Shown in pieces: positions 11,785 through 25,330 of a DNA stretch of 64,000 nucleotides (the first letter of the stretch is position 1; every line of letters begins with the position of its first letter). Under the pieces are notes generated by a model. The model made no database searches and had not been told where the DNA came from. It worked only from the letters and a program-made list of their open reading frames with translations. Source of the stretch: Vermamoeba vermiformis. Taxonomy: Eukaryota. A program made the translations under genes and the position numbers. The stretch spans positions 186,001 through 250,000 of the forward strand of contig JBEWZL010000276.1 in NCBI GenBank assembly GCA_045837725.1. Reading direction: 5' to 3'.

Positions 11785-14700
11785 ATGGCACAGTAAGTAT
11801 AAACTGGATGCAAAAGTTGATCGAGTTTTGACAGCCTAGAACCGGTTCTCATAAAAATATTTATTTAGGAGTACTAATAATATGCATATTTACTCTATGG
11901 ATGGCTAAATCTATACGTGGTAAGTATACTTGACGCGATCTGACAGTGGACATTAAATTTTTTTATTTAACTACCTGGGAGGTGATTATAATGTAGCAAA
12001 TATTTTTAATTAGCCATGATTAAATTCTTGCGATCAGGTTGCTATTCCGATATGCAACTCACATCTGCACCTCGGAGACAAATTGCGGTAACAACACTCA
12101 ACGACAAGATTTATTTTGCTGGCGGTAGACCCCCGCCCCCTGTTTTACAATTGTCCGATTTAGTCGATGTTTTTGACACGCGAACAAAAGAATGGTCCAG
12201 CTTCAGATTGTCAGAAACCCGAGTAATAACAGCAGGAAAGGCAGTAGTAGATCCATACGTCATATTTATTGGCGGACAAATGCTCATAGGAGCATCACAA
12301 GTGATTGACATATGGAACAGCGAGACGGAGACATTACAAACAATTTCTGTGCCGTTTGACGGAGTGCGCTTGTCAGGAGTTTTTGAAACCAGTGTCATTG
12401 GCAGATCTGTGTTCATGTCCGCTGGAAACTTCGGATTGCATTCATTTAACGTGGACACGCTTGCTTGGACTGCCTACAACATCACGAATATACACCGAAT
12501 GACATCGAACGAAACTCACTTGTTTGCATTCGTGAATCAGCCTTCAAACGCAATCTACACACTCGAACCAAACACTAAAATATGGACGGAGCTGTTGACA
12601 ATACCCACAGATGTTGGACGGCTCGAGTACAACAACAAAACACTCTTTGCAATCAACTCAAGACTGATCTACTACATTCATTTGGACACGCTCGTACAAG
12701 GCATCTATGCTTATCCAACAGTGGAGGCCCTCGTTCATGCCGTGACGGTCCAGGGCAATGACATTTACATCGCCAATCAAGGCGTGATGACCGTTCACAA
12801 TCCCGTGCAACGAACCAGTTTTCAATATGAATTCGATGGACCTTCCGAGCAGCTAGGCGGTGCATCAGCCGCGCACGACAGCATCATGTACATTCCGCTC
12901 GGATTCAACAGCAAGGGTGGCGTGCAAACCTTTGACCTGCGAACGTTGTTCCAACCGTTGCCGAACCTGCCTCGAGACCGCGCTCCCATACTGTTTGAAC
13001 GGGGCATCATGTTTTGGGCAGAGCAGGGTGAGCCGCGAATATACACTTACAATGTCGACACTACCGAGTACACGTGGCACGAAGACCCTGCATTCGCCAA
13101 TTCACTCACTGATCGACGGTTTGTCATCGGCAACAAGATGGTCTTGCGCGGCCGATATTTTTCAGCATCAGTGCCGCATCTATTAATCTACAATTTTGAA
13201 GACCATACATTCCAGATCGTTGACACGCCTGAAGGATTCTCATATGGCCTGACAACAGTGATTGAAGATGTCATGGTGATCAACGGAGGATTCACAACTT
13301 TCTGGCTCTTTAACGTGACTTCTCTGTCTTTTGGGCCAAGGCAACAATTTCCAGCAAGTCCTACGGCACTATATACTTCGCACGGACTCCTCGTAGCTCC
13401 AATGGCAACTCAAAAGTTGTATCTGATAGACGTGCACACGTTGCAGTATCACGTTGAAGACATCCAATTCAGATCCAACACGCTGCTTGCATTTGACGAC
13501 GTGTTTGTCGCCATGCTTGACGACTTGCAGAACCCAACACTAGTGGTCTATAACACTGCAACACGAGAGTTACAACGCGTGCCGAGTTCTCTGCAAGTAA
13601 CTTCTGCTGTACCCGAAGCACGAATAGTTTATCACTTTGCAGTGTTTATTGGACCTCGATTCGATGGCACTCGTGTACGCGTGGAGATGTACGACACGAT
13701 TGAAAAGCGCTGGCACACGTTTGACTTGCCGTCTTCATCACCGACCTCGCCGTTCAGATCATTTACTACTATAGGCCTCGTGTTCTACTTCAGTGTTGGT
13801 GCATTCATTGACGTCTATGACGCGGAGACCAGCACGATGTCAGTCTTCCCGTTCCAGTTCAATAATCCTCGTTCAATAGACGCTATTGGCAGCAAGCTCA
13901 TTGTACGGACGTTTGGGGCGACAGGAACTGCGACGGAGATCCGGTTTTTCATTTACGAGATCACTACTCGCCGATACTTCTCAGTGTCTTATCACGGACT
14001 TACTTACCAACAATTTTCTTATCCGTGGAAGAACAAGATGATTTATCTTTTCCTAGAGCTTCGAGCCATGGACATTCCAACACTGTTAGACGGTTTTGAT
14101 AACGAAGAGCTGTTCATTGGACAATCCACTAATCTTACTATCACCGCTGCTGGCCAAGGACTTCGTTACACTTGGACACGAGATGGAGAGCCGCTTGGCA
14201 CCACCATGCCAACACTACAACTCGACAACGTGACGAAGAGTCAATCGGGCACTTACCGAGTGACAGTGAGTGACATGTGCAATCGGCCCATGGAACACTC
14301 GGCCGACCTCGAAGTGCACGGTGTGCCTCAATTTGAAGTCACGCTACAAGATTCCATTGCACTGTGTCACGAAGAAGCAGCGTTGAATACTCGTGTCAGC
14401 GGCGTGCAAGTGTCATATCGCTGGTCAATCAACAATGTGGACCAGCCAGATGCCGTCAACTCAACACTCACGCTGTCACAAGAGCAGCTTCCGTGCAACT
14501 CACAGAACACAGTGTGTGTCACAGCATCAAATCCATCGGGTGAAATCTCGCACTGTGCAGCCGTGCGGCTTGTGGAACTTGATTCAGTGATTGCTGGACC
14601 TGTGCCAACCACCTCCAAAGTCAGAGTGGTTCACAGATGACGTTGTCGATCTGCAAGTCAGTATTCTGGACAAAGCCTGTCCTCAACACGCCTGGTACCA

Positions 14701-16326
14701 AGACGGACAGTTGCTCGAATCCTTCACCTCCTTCTACAGCCAGTATCGGGTCCAGTTGACCTCGTCAAAAGAGCGAAGCCAGTTCGTCGTCAGAGCGCAA
14801 TGTGGCAACAACAACATTCCATCACGTGCATTCAGTTTCGGCAAAATATCGCCGCTTCCCGTGTACGGTCTCGTGTTGATTATCATCGGTGGTGTCAGTG
14901 CTGTCGTGCTGTTTGTGGTCATATTCTTGTTGCGCAAGAGACTGGCGCAGAGTCAAACCAATGAAGTCGAGTTGGCATCGTTGTTGACTAAAGCAAAGAC
15001 GGAATCATTGCAGAAAGACAGAACACCCATCTTGAACGCAACAGTATGGGAATGGACACCCACCGAGGACTTTGCCTATCAGTCCCTCAACAACCTCCCA
15101 GTTAGTGTCAACACGACTGACCTCAAATTCTCAGAAAAAGGAGCCCCACTTGACGTTGAAATGTACTACAATCGCGTGATCAGGTTCGAGAACAAGAGCA
15201 AGTCATCGGGCAAGAAAGGTCTGAAAGAGAAGTTAATCAACGGCACGAGCATCGACATCTATGCGCCCAAGTCACCCAAGTACCAGATAGTCGTTGATCC
15301 TGCGAGCTTTGTCATTGACAACAACGAAACAACTGAAGTGACGGTCTCGCTGAAGATGCAAATGACGACCAAGTGCAACATCACACTCGTGCTGGTATTT
15401 GAGCAGCACAAGATCTACTCAGCCATCGAATTCAGTGTGGCGAGCAGTATGTCAACGTGGATCGATCTTGAAGAGATTGAGATGAGTGGAGAGTTCCTTG
15501 GAGGTGGAGGGTAAGTTGTGACACGCGATGACATCTTTTGACACTTTGACACGAACTGACACTTCATCACAGATTCGGTTCAGTTGTGCGAGGAGTGTAT
15601 CGAGGTCAAGAAGTAGCCGTGAAAAAGCTTCTGAGTCAATATCTGACTGACGATATGAAGATCGAGTTTGAACGAGAAGTGACACTGATGAAAAGCTTGA
15701 GACATCCCAACATTGTTCAGTTCGTTGGTGCATCGAATGTCAAAGAGAGTTTGGCGATTGTGATCGAGTACGCACCTCTTGGCAGTCTTGCAAGTGTGAT
15801 GGAGAAACAATCGCTGTCAGTGCAGTTCAAAGTGATGTGCTTGTTGGAGACTGCCAAAGCATTGCAGTTCCTTCATTCGAACGGCATTATTCATCGCGAC
15901 ATCAAGCCTCAAAACATTCTCGTGTTCTCACTCGAGACAAGAGCAGCAGTGCATGTGAAACTGACAGACTTTGGCACATCACGGTTCATTGCTGACGACC
16001 CCACAACGATCACAAAGAACGTTGGCACAATTGCATTCATGGCACCAGAAGCACTCGGACGCAATCCACGCATTGACAAGAGTGCAGATGTTTACAGTTT
16101 TGCAGTGCTGATGTGGTCAGTGTTGTTCGAACAAGTGCCGTTCAAAGAGTTCAAATGGGACTCAGACATCGAACAACATGTCAAATCAGGCAATCGACTT
16201 CCATTCCCTCATGGGCACGAGATTGATGCATCGTTGGTGAAACTGATTGAAGAGTGCTGGCAACAAGAGCCCTCACTTCGACCAGCCATGCCTATTATTG
16301 TGCAGAGACTATCAAATATAAAATAG
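11785..16326 (+). CDS. Receptor-type transmembrane kinase: signal peptide, Kelch-like propeller, three Ig-like domains, TM, juxtamembrane beta domain, TKL kinase (frame break near 14.6 kb)
   Basis: Two small 5' exons give MAQTGSHKNIYLGVLIICIFTLWMAKSIRG. Kelch IYFAGG/IFIGG; Ig YTWTRDGE...SGTYRVTV; TM YGLVLIIIGGVSAVVLFVVIFLL; kinase GGGGFG, VAVK, HRDIKPQN, DFG, MAPE. Confidence 0.85.
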
Positions 16327-16589
16327 GCTAACAAATGTGGTTTTTGACTTAGTAAAATGTTCGCGAAAAAGGAAGTTACGTAAAGTGGATCTTCGTCTGT
16401 TACAACGCGGTGCAGTGTTGATTCCACAGTTGTTGCCGATTTATGAAATTTCACGAAGCATCGCACGACTTGGTTTACGCCATAATTAATCTCGCAGTTA
16501 ATAACACACTTGCCTTCTCATAGAGCGGTTCTTGAACCAACGGAAAATTCCATCTAAACCGTTTATATGTACAAAAATAACAACTACAA

Positions 16590-19500
16590 CTATTCAGTCT
16601 TTGCTCGCAAGAAATCGCACACTTCTTCCATGGTCTGAGCGTTTCAATTGGTTAGCTCGGGATACATACAATTCGATCAATTAAAACACTTACAGGTCTA
16701 TCAGCAGGCGCTTTCTTCCAGCACATTTCCATGCATTCGCGCAGAACTGGGTCACAGTAGTCGGGAATTGGTGGTGTGAAGCCTTTGTCTCTGATCTTCA
16801 GCGCGATCTCGAACTGATCTTCTTCTTCGTGCGGCTCTTTTCCCGACACAATTTCAAATACTACATGATAATTATTAATACTTGCGGCTATGCGCTGATA
16901 TTAATAGTACGTACACATAATGCCGTAAGTCCACACATCCGTTTTCAAACTGTACGAACGATCTTGCAAACTTTCAGGAGCCTGACAAACCGGTTACTAA
17001 ATATTGCAATTATTATTTTTTAAAGCATACCATCCAACGAATAGGCCCGACGTTTGTTTTAGTGCGACCCTTAGCAGCTTCTTCTTGCACGATACGCGAC
17101 ATACCAAAGTCAGAAATCTTGGGCTGACCATCATTTGTGAGCTGTAATAATAATAGCAATAAGCATCTCTTCGATTGATAATACTAATATTATTGGACGG
17201 CACACGTACCAAGATATTTCTCGCTGCCAAGTCACGATGCACGATGCTACGGGAGTGAAGGTGAGCCAAGCCATAAGCAATCTTCAACGCGTATTCGATT
17301 CGTTTCGCATTGGTCAAACCGTTCTCGACCTTGAACAATTGATCCAAACTGCCACCGCCACAATATTCGAGCACAATGCAGGGGTTAGGACCATCGAGAC
17401 TGACACCGAATGTTTGGACCAAGTTGGGATGCGGAGGAATTCCACTGCAATTGAGCAATTGTTAGCAACACTACTAGTGATTAAGATGAATACTTACAGC
17501 GTCAACTTGGCCTCGGCTAAGAAACCATCGACATCGGTGATTGTGTTGTTGACTTTAATAGCGACTTTAGCACCACGCCATTCACTGAAAAATATGACAA
17601 TTAGCGATTGCGCATGAGAAGGGAACGTGTTCAGCGTACGTACCCGAGATAGACTTTGCCGTAACTTCCAGCACCGATCTCCTTGACGAAGACGAGACTT
17701 CTGTGAGGAATGTGCAACCGCTTGTCAATTTCACTCGGCTGAATATTTGCAGGCACAATGACGTCATCACTCGAAGGACCAGACCCGCCCGTCATGGCCA
17801 TGGCAGAGTACTTGTTGTTTGGCATCACGCCGGGGATGTTGCCGTATGTTTCTGGCTCACCTGTTTGGGTCATTGGCACTTCATCAGGCTCAGCTTCATT
17901 CTTCTTCTTCCTTCGTTGTTTTTTCTTCAAGAAAAATACGAGCAAGAACACACCAGTAGCGAGTACTGCACCGCCAACTATGAGACCTACAATAAGTCCT
18001 ATCTCCGCCGGGGAGAGACTAGGTGGCCCCGCAATCACGTTGGTGTCATTACTCGCAACAGGAGTCCCCACTGTGGAAGGAGTTACTCCATTCTGTGGCG
18101 TGGCTCCACCGGTGCTCGGTCCATTGACGGGGCCACTAAGGGGTCCATTGACAGGTTCGTTTACGGGCCCTGCAATTGGAGTGGTGAAGGGACTTGCAAC
18201 AGGCGACGTGAATGGAGTTGTAATTGGAGCACCGAATGGACTGGCGACAGGAGGCTGGATTGGTGGCGTAATTGGTGTAGCGAATGGTGAGGCTGTGGGG
18301 ACTAATGGAATGGGAGCAACACCATTAGGGACAGTTGGTGAGTACTAAGATAGAGTCAGTATAGATGACAGCACACGAAGTATTTCTAGATAGTCCTTAC
18401 GGTGTACTGGAACAGCCTGAAGGTGATGGCTCCCGTAGTCTCCGTGTACGCCACACCGATCAAGTTGTTCGAAGAGTGACTGCTGACGAGGAAGGGAGCA
18501 AATATGTTGTACCCGTTCCAGCTATCAATAGTGGACAAATCGCTCGTCCTCAGCGTGAACAATTTGAATCTGGAAGTCGTGGAAATCTCTGCAGCTGTCA
18601 TGGCCACAACGGTGCTTTGGACGGGGCTGACTTGCACGGAATTAAGCGGACTACCACCCACCACCGACACCTCCGCAGAGGTCGAAGTGCCGCAAAAGAT
18701 CTGTTGTTCACAGCAATGAGTGAGCTACTTGTCGCTCAACAATTTGAGCATTACTTACAGCACTGGCTGCCGGTAAACTAGCCCCATTATCGTAGCAATA
18801 AATGCGAGTGCCATCAGTCGTAGCAGTGTAGTAAGGAGCTCGTGCCCCGTTTGTTGTTACACCATCGGTGGAGTAAGGAGAACCGGTCACTTTTATCCCC
18901 GAAACAGCTGGACCGAGACCTGCTTCACTGCCTATTAAAGCAGCGAACATATTCAAGCCTACGAAAAATATGTTATTTATTATTTACCGGAGGAGATTCC
19001 TACCATAGTTAGCTACGCTAATGGAATTAAAGTCGTTTCCATTGGTATAAGACCATTCGGGCCCAGTTAGCGCATTGTACGCGGTGAATCCGGTCTAGTA
19101 AAGATTAGAAATTTGGTTACCCTGATAAAGAATTACTTACCCCATTAGTAAAAAAATACATACGAGCTGAACTAGCATCGGCATAATTCTGCATGGATAA
19201 AGCAACTTTTTTTGGGGAGATTGCTGGGATGAGGTTGGTCGAGGTACCAAAATCACTTGTTATACCCTTGGAATTAGAAATAATTAATAAAAATAAGGAG
19301 GGACTAAGATCATACCCCCGATTGAGTCAGAACCACGTGCTCGCAAGTAGGTGTACCCTTATCCATCAAAGAAAAGTCCTGTACGTTTGAGGAAATACTG
19401 CCAAGCACAGTTAGTGGCGACAATAGTCCGAGCTTGAAGGTTCCAGTCAATAGGTCGAATTTAGTGGCTTGGTATTGAATTCCAACGCAAACCACCATTG

Positions 19501-19825
19501 ATCCTTTCGTAGACGGCACAACCCTCGTTTGGATTTTCGAAACAGTAGAGTATGGTGACGTAGTATAAGAGCCAACTTCTATCAAATTGAGAGGCAACGG
19601 ATCCTGACCTGAAAAATTATTAGCCGATCGAGTACAAATCTGCTAAACTTCGGAAACAATTTGTAAGGTGAACATCTCCACCGATTTCAAAATGAATTAA
19701 CAGACGGTGGAGTTCCGAAATTTGTGGTACGCAAGGTAACCAAGGCTCGGTATCCAACTCTTACCCTCGGAGCTCGCGGCTAAAATGATAAGTACCGCTA
19801 TAACAATGAGAAACCTTCTGCTCAT
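16590..19825 (-). CDS. Receptor tyrosine kinase: signal peptide, ectodomain, Pro/Thr stalk, TM, TK domain
   Basis: Signal MSRRFLIVIAVLIILAASSE; TM IGLIVGLIVGGAVLATGVFLLVFFL followed by KKKQRRKKK; GAGSYG, HRDLAARN, DFG, GPIRWMAPE, DVWTYG. All junctions splice in frame. Confidence 0.9.
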
Positions 19826-20366
19826 TGTTCTAGGGATTACCTATTCTGTTATTACACAAAGGAAAATGAGTGGAATTGTAACGCAAAAGCAAAGTTGCAA
19901 CTTACCGTTACTTTTTTGGCAAACACCCTTTTGTTCGAACAAATTAATGCAAATACGTAGCCTAGTGCAACCATGCAATACAACTTCGTTCAGTCGAATT
20001 TTCGTTCATTTGATCCAAATCCAGGTGACCGTCAAGTAAATATGTGCAAGTATCCCAAAGCAATTTTATCTTCGGGCAATCTCTTTGATGTAATTAATGC
20101 AATTATTTTAGTGACAATCCAATCTTAATGAACATTTAATAATAATATTAAATGGTTTTACATCCGTTCGTCTCAGCACTATTTGATAGCACACCAGGGA
20201 AAAATAATTAATTTTAAATGATTTTAAAAAATACTACATACGCAGAACAAGAATGTGCCATATCACTCTCTTCTCCGACATGTTTGTTTCGTTGTTTGAC
20301 ACTCGCACAATAGCAAGGACTGGCTTGGTTGTGTATTTACACAAAGTTTATTATTTACAAAAAAAC

Positions 20367-23300
20367 TCAGTTATTTTTGTACATATAGCGCGACAAACCG
20401 GCTGTCTTGGCCTTTTTGTTTTGTGTTGCGTTTGGTGCGGGCGTTGCCTTGCGCTTGATGCCAACAATCTTGGCGGGACTAGTACTCTCGCCCGTCAAAA
20501 TGACGTCATCATCATCGTCATCGTCTGTAATGACATTCTTGCGTGGTGGCTGCTTTGGTGCGGCGGCAGCGGGGCGTGAGGTCGGGAATGGTATGATCTC
20601 AGGTGCATTCACTGACGGGAAGTAGGACGTGATCGTTGCGCTGTTATTATTTGTGCCTCCCTTGAAGTACGGGGAAACTGCCGTGGCGGAATGGACTGAC
20701 GCGCCGTCATCAAAGTCCACGAAGTCCTCGTCAAAGTCATCATCGTCATTATTGTTATGGTTGTTGATCGTGATTTGAGGAGCAGGCTCGGGGGCTTCAG
20801 AATCGTCAGGCACATCGTCAATGTCGACCATCAAGTTGCGGTTGTTGTTTGCAAAGTAGGAAACGTCAGGGTTGTTCGTCAAGAAGTCGGCAATGACTCT
20901 CAGCACGCGACCACCATACTTCTTGCCACGAACATTGCCGATACCTTGGATAGCGCAAAACTCGTCCAGTGATCGTGGCATTCGCTTGGCAATTTCATTG
21001 ATCGAAGCGCTGGGAATGATAGCTTCGACTTTACCAGGTTCGTTTTGGTACTTCTCTTCAAGGGCGATTTGTTCTCGCGTGTCCATCAAGGTTTCTTTCA
21101 GCTTCTCGATCTTTTCTTTAATCGTCTTCGAGATCTTCATGGCACCCGTGGCCTTATCCTTCTCCTTGCGAGCTGACGCAGCAAGTCTGCGGTTCTGCGT
21201 GGCTTTGGGCTTTCCTCTGAACTTCAAGACCATATTGAACCCTGGAGTTTGTACTCTCGCGGCATTCTTTCCGGTCTGGATTGGATCGTTAGCCACAAAG
21301 CACCGAAGTCTCAATAAAGCCTACCTTCAAGAATGAAATAGTGGCACCATAAGGAGTTTGCTCAAAATGTTCAGTAAGAATTTCTTCTCCAACCAAATGA
21401 TGAAGAAGACGCTCAATGGTGTCTTTGTCGACGCCTGATCCTTGGCCGTACTTTCCTGATACGCTTGTCGTAGCCCTTTTTAGTGACCTTCTCGTTCTTA
21501 GCACCGCGATAAACATCCATCACGGCACTGACAGTGCCTTGTCCAGCCATTTGATCCACTATAAACAGTCAGTACAGTAATAGTAATATATAAGAGTATG
21601 CACGTACCAATCTCTACAAGGTCCGCGGCTTCTTTGGACAAATTGCGCTCACAGATCTCGGCTTCAGTGGAACAGTTATCGCACGTGCCCTTGCAGTCTG
21701 CGGGGTCAAACCTCTCTCCAAAGTACTGCAACTGCAGCATACGTCTGCAATCTATTCGGTTCTCGCCGAACGAAATCATCTTTTGAAGTGCTTCCATTTG
21801 TCTTTGAACCAAGATGTAGCTCGTGTTTCTCTCACGCTGACCTTGCTTGATCATCGTCACGTGACGTCCTTTGTCTGCGTAGGTGTAGTAAAGGATACAG
21901 TGCGACGTCTTTCCATCACGACCAGCACGACCAGATTCTTGATAATAGCCTTCGATTGACTTGGGCAGCGAGTAGTGAATGACGTATCGTACATCGGTCT
22001 TGTTGATACCCATACCAAAGGCGATGGTAGCACACATGACGTGGATCTTGCCCTGGAACCATTCACGTTGCACACGGGACCTATCAGCGATCTCCATGTT
22101 GGCATGGTAAAATCCAGCTTTGATTCCTTTCTGCTTTAACTTCTGTGCGACTTGCTCGGTCTCATTTCGTGACAGACAGTAGATAATGCCAGCTTTGTTC
22201 TTGTACTTGGAATTAATGAACTCAACAATGTCATCAGCAGTCGATTTGTTCTTCTTTCGGACCTCGTAAAGGAGATTGGGTCTGTTGAAGCTCGATGTGA
22301 AGTTGACGTAATTAGACATTTTGAGGGTGTTCAAAATGTCGTTCTTGACCTTTGCTGTTGCGGTTGCTGTCAGTGCTGTGATAGGCACGTTAGGGAACAT
22401 GGTCTTAAGTTCTTTTAATTCCTAATGAACGAGTGTTAGATCGAGCAATTTTGGCTAACAGAAGGACTTACGCTGTAATCAGGACGGAAGTCATGACCCC
22501 ATTGGCTGACGCAGTGAGCCTCATCAATAACAAAACGAGCCAATTGATTGCGCTGGAAGAGCTGATCGAGCTTGTTTCTCGTGAAATTGCTTCGCATGAT
22601 CTTTTCAGGCGTCAAATACAAAATCTTGAGGTCAGGAATGTGCTTCGACAACTCGCTGAAAATACGTCGGCTCTCTTCTTCAGTCTGGTTACTTCCCAAG
22701 AATGCGACGTTGATTTCTAAGTTTTGTAATAGCGTGACTTGATCTTCAATCAGCGCAATCAGAGGTGAAATGACGACGGTCACACCTTGAGAGCAAACAG
22801 CTGGGACTTGGTAGCACAAGCTCTTGCCACCTCCTGTGGGCATCATCATGAACACATCTCTTCCGCTCATCACCGCATTAATACATTCGCGTTGATTGGC
22901 TCGGAACTCGCGGTTACCAAAAATAGATTCATTTGCAACTTTGATTGCTGACGACCATGGGAAATCCGTTTTAGACCAGTAAGGATCCACATCTTAAATA
23001 ACGAACGTTAGTGCGTGGACTGCAAGGGTGCTGTCGAGTACTTACCGCTCTTTGGCTTCGGTGGCGGTGGGACCATTGCGTTGTTAGCAGGCTGTGCAGG
23101 AGTTCGAGGCGTTACTGGCATCTGATCATTTTGAATTTGAAGGCTCAGATTCAATCGAGGCAATGTAGTCGATGTGTTAGCATTCTGCACTGGTGTCGAC
23201 ATTGGATATGGCGTAGAGCTACGTAACAATGGATTGCTTGCACTCGAAGCGGGAGTAGTCATCACAGGGTGGATGGCACTGCTCGTGTTAGGATTGAAAT

Positions 23301-24963
23301 TAGATGTGGGAATATTCGTCGAGAACTTTGTTGGAGTTTTGAACGCTGGACCAGAGTTCAACGATGATTCAATGTCTTCAATCTTCTTGGTAAGCTCAGC
23401 CCTGAAAATTTGTTAGCGTCAAAGACACCGCATCATTATGCATACTTCTTGGCGGTCAATTGCTGTGCATGTTTGGGATCGTGCTTCGGTGTCATGAGTA
23501 TTTCAATCAACTGATCTTTGACCTTGTCAATCTCTTTTCGTGTGCTGTTTAGCATATCATGTAGCTGGTCTCTAGGGATCTGGCAGAGAATTAGATTTGT
23601 TCATCAACCACACCGTGGACTTACATGTCCAAATGGAGTTGAAGCGTCGGTTGAATCGTCACCAAGATCGATGACATCTTCGTGTGCCAGGCTTGCAGTT
23701 CTGGGAAAGCTAGCCGGCGTATTCTTGCCAAAATTGCTAGTATTCATTTGCGCAGTTTCCATCTAATAGAATGTTAATGACGCCGTCAAAACATAGTTGT
23801 TGGTTCGCGTACCATTGCGTCAAGCTCGCTATCAGGAATGTCAGGGAAGTCATCTAGCTCTGAGATACTGCTGACTGAAGAGGTGGTCTTGTTATGAGGA
23901 GTAGAATCAAGAGAAGAAACCGAGATCGGCGATTGAAACGTAGGGCCTAAACATATGAGTCACATGCACGTAACTAAAAATCGAGGGCTACTTACGAACT
24001 GGTGTCTGATAGTTATTTTGCGGCTTTGAGTAGTTGTTTGAATTGTTGGAAAAGTTCGAATTATTGTTGAATGTGCGATTGTTGGACTTGTACTCGCTTT
24101 CTGAATAATCCGAAGAGCCGCTCAGCCGTGAGCTGTTATTGTTCAGACTTGGCTTGAACATGTTTCCATTGTTATTATTATACGACGAGTAGTTGTTCTT
24201 ATTGGGCGAGGTGTTGTTGAATGCAGGTGGTGGCGCCATGCCTTGGATCTCTTTGTCGAGTCCGTCTTCATCTTCTTCGTAGAAAAACTCGTCTTCATTA
24301 TCGCCGTACTTGACAACTTTCTTGCTGTAAACCACATTGGTTTCTGACACATTGCTCGTTGTCTCGTAGTCCATGTACGAGTCACTGTCACTCGGAATGT
24401 CTTGCTTCGGGAACTTCGGTGCATTGTTCGTACTATTCGACAACCTCTGATTGCTCATTGGAGGACTAGTAGGTCTGCTAAACGGCGCTTGGTTGCCGCT
24501 GGTGCTAAGCGAGATCTTGCTCGAAACGTTCAACGGTTGTTTGAAGTTGTCTTCGCCAAGTTCAGTTTTGATTTGTGGTCTTCGTATCAGTTTTGTTCGT
24601 TCCGACATTCGCGTATTGATTATTTACAGGAGCATTATTTTCTGGGAATAAAAGGCGGATCAGAAGATGCAAAATCTTAGATCTCGTGTCCAGTACTTAC
24701 TTTTACAGTCATATACTACAGGGTTTGGTTTTATAGATTGCAGTTGCTGTATTATCGCTAAGTTAATAAAGGACAGACGACCAAGCGTGACATACCTTCA
24801 GATCTGCGCTTCCTCGTTGATTAATATTTACAAATTCATATTTTACATTTGGTGGAGGTTTGAATGAGACCGAATATTGTAATCCCGATGCTAGAGCACT
24901 CTGTGTGTTTTTAGAAAACCAATCGAGCTGTTCCTTCAAATTGTTCTTGATTTTCGTATTCAT
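20367..24963 (-). CDS. BLM: RecQ helicase, BLM/Sgs1 type (helicase, RQC, HRDC; two apparent +1 frame breaks)
   Basis: N-terminal [64 protein letters not shown] Zn motif CRR...[23 protein letters not shown]. Confidence 0.95.
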
Positions 24964-25330
24964 TTTTATAATATTGCTTAATTTATCGCCTACGCAAATA
25001 AATTGTTAATAATGCGCTTAGTTTGTGACTAACAAATATTTTATTTTCGACTTTTCAGTCAAAATACTCAGAACGAGAATGGAAACTTACCATAGTATTA
25101 TACGAAGCTTGACTAATATTTACTAACAATATATACGTGTTAGATTGCAAAAACGATTGCGTTGTGGATCTCGATCGCTTCCAGGAATAAAATTTGACCG
25201 TTTGCGCTGCCCGCCTTTTTCGCTGACGTAATAATTTTTTGACAATCACTTCACACAAGCACCATATTACTATGGAAGCTATTGCAAATATTTATTTTTA
25301 AGCAACAGTAATTTTAATTGCTATTCACGC

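Noticed and set aside
18060-18345. Periodic repeats in the receptor tyrosine kinase
   Set aside because: Ordinary Pro/Thr/Ser stalk coding repeats, not a DNA element.
21455-21462. 7-nt GTATCAG micro-intron to fix the RecQ frame
   Set aside because: Too short for spliceosomal removal, and no similar micro-introns at the other breaks.
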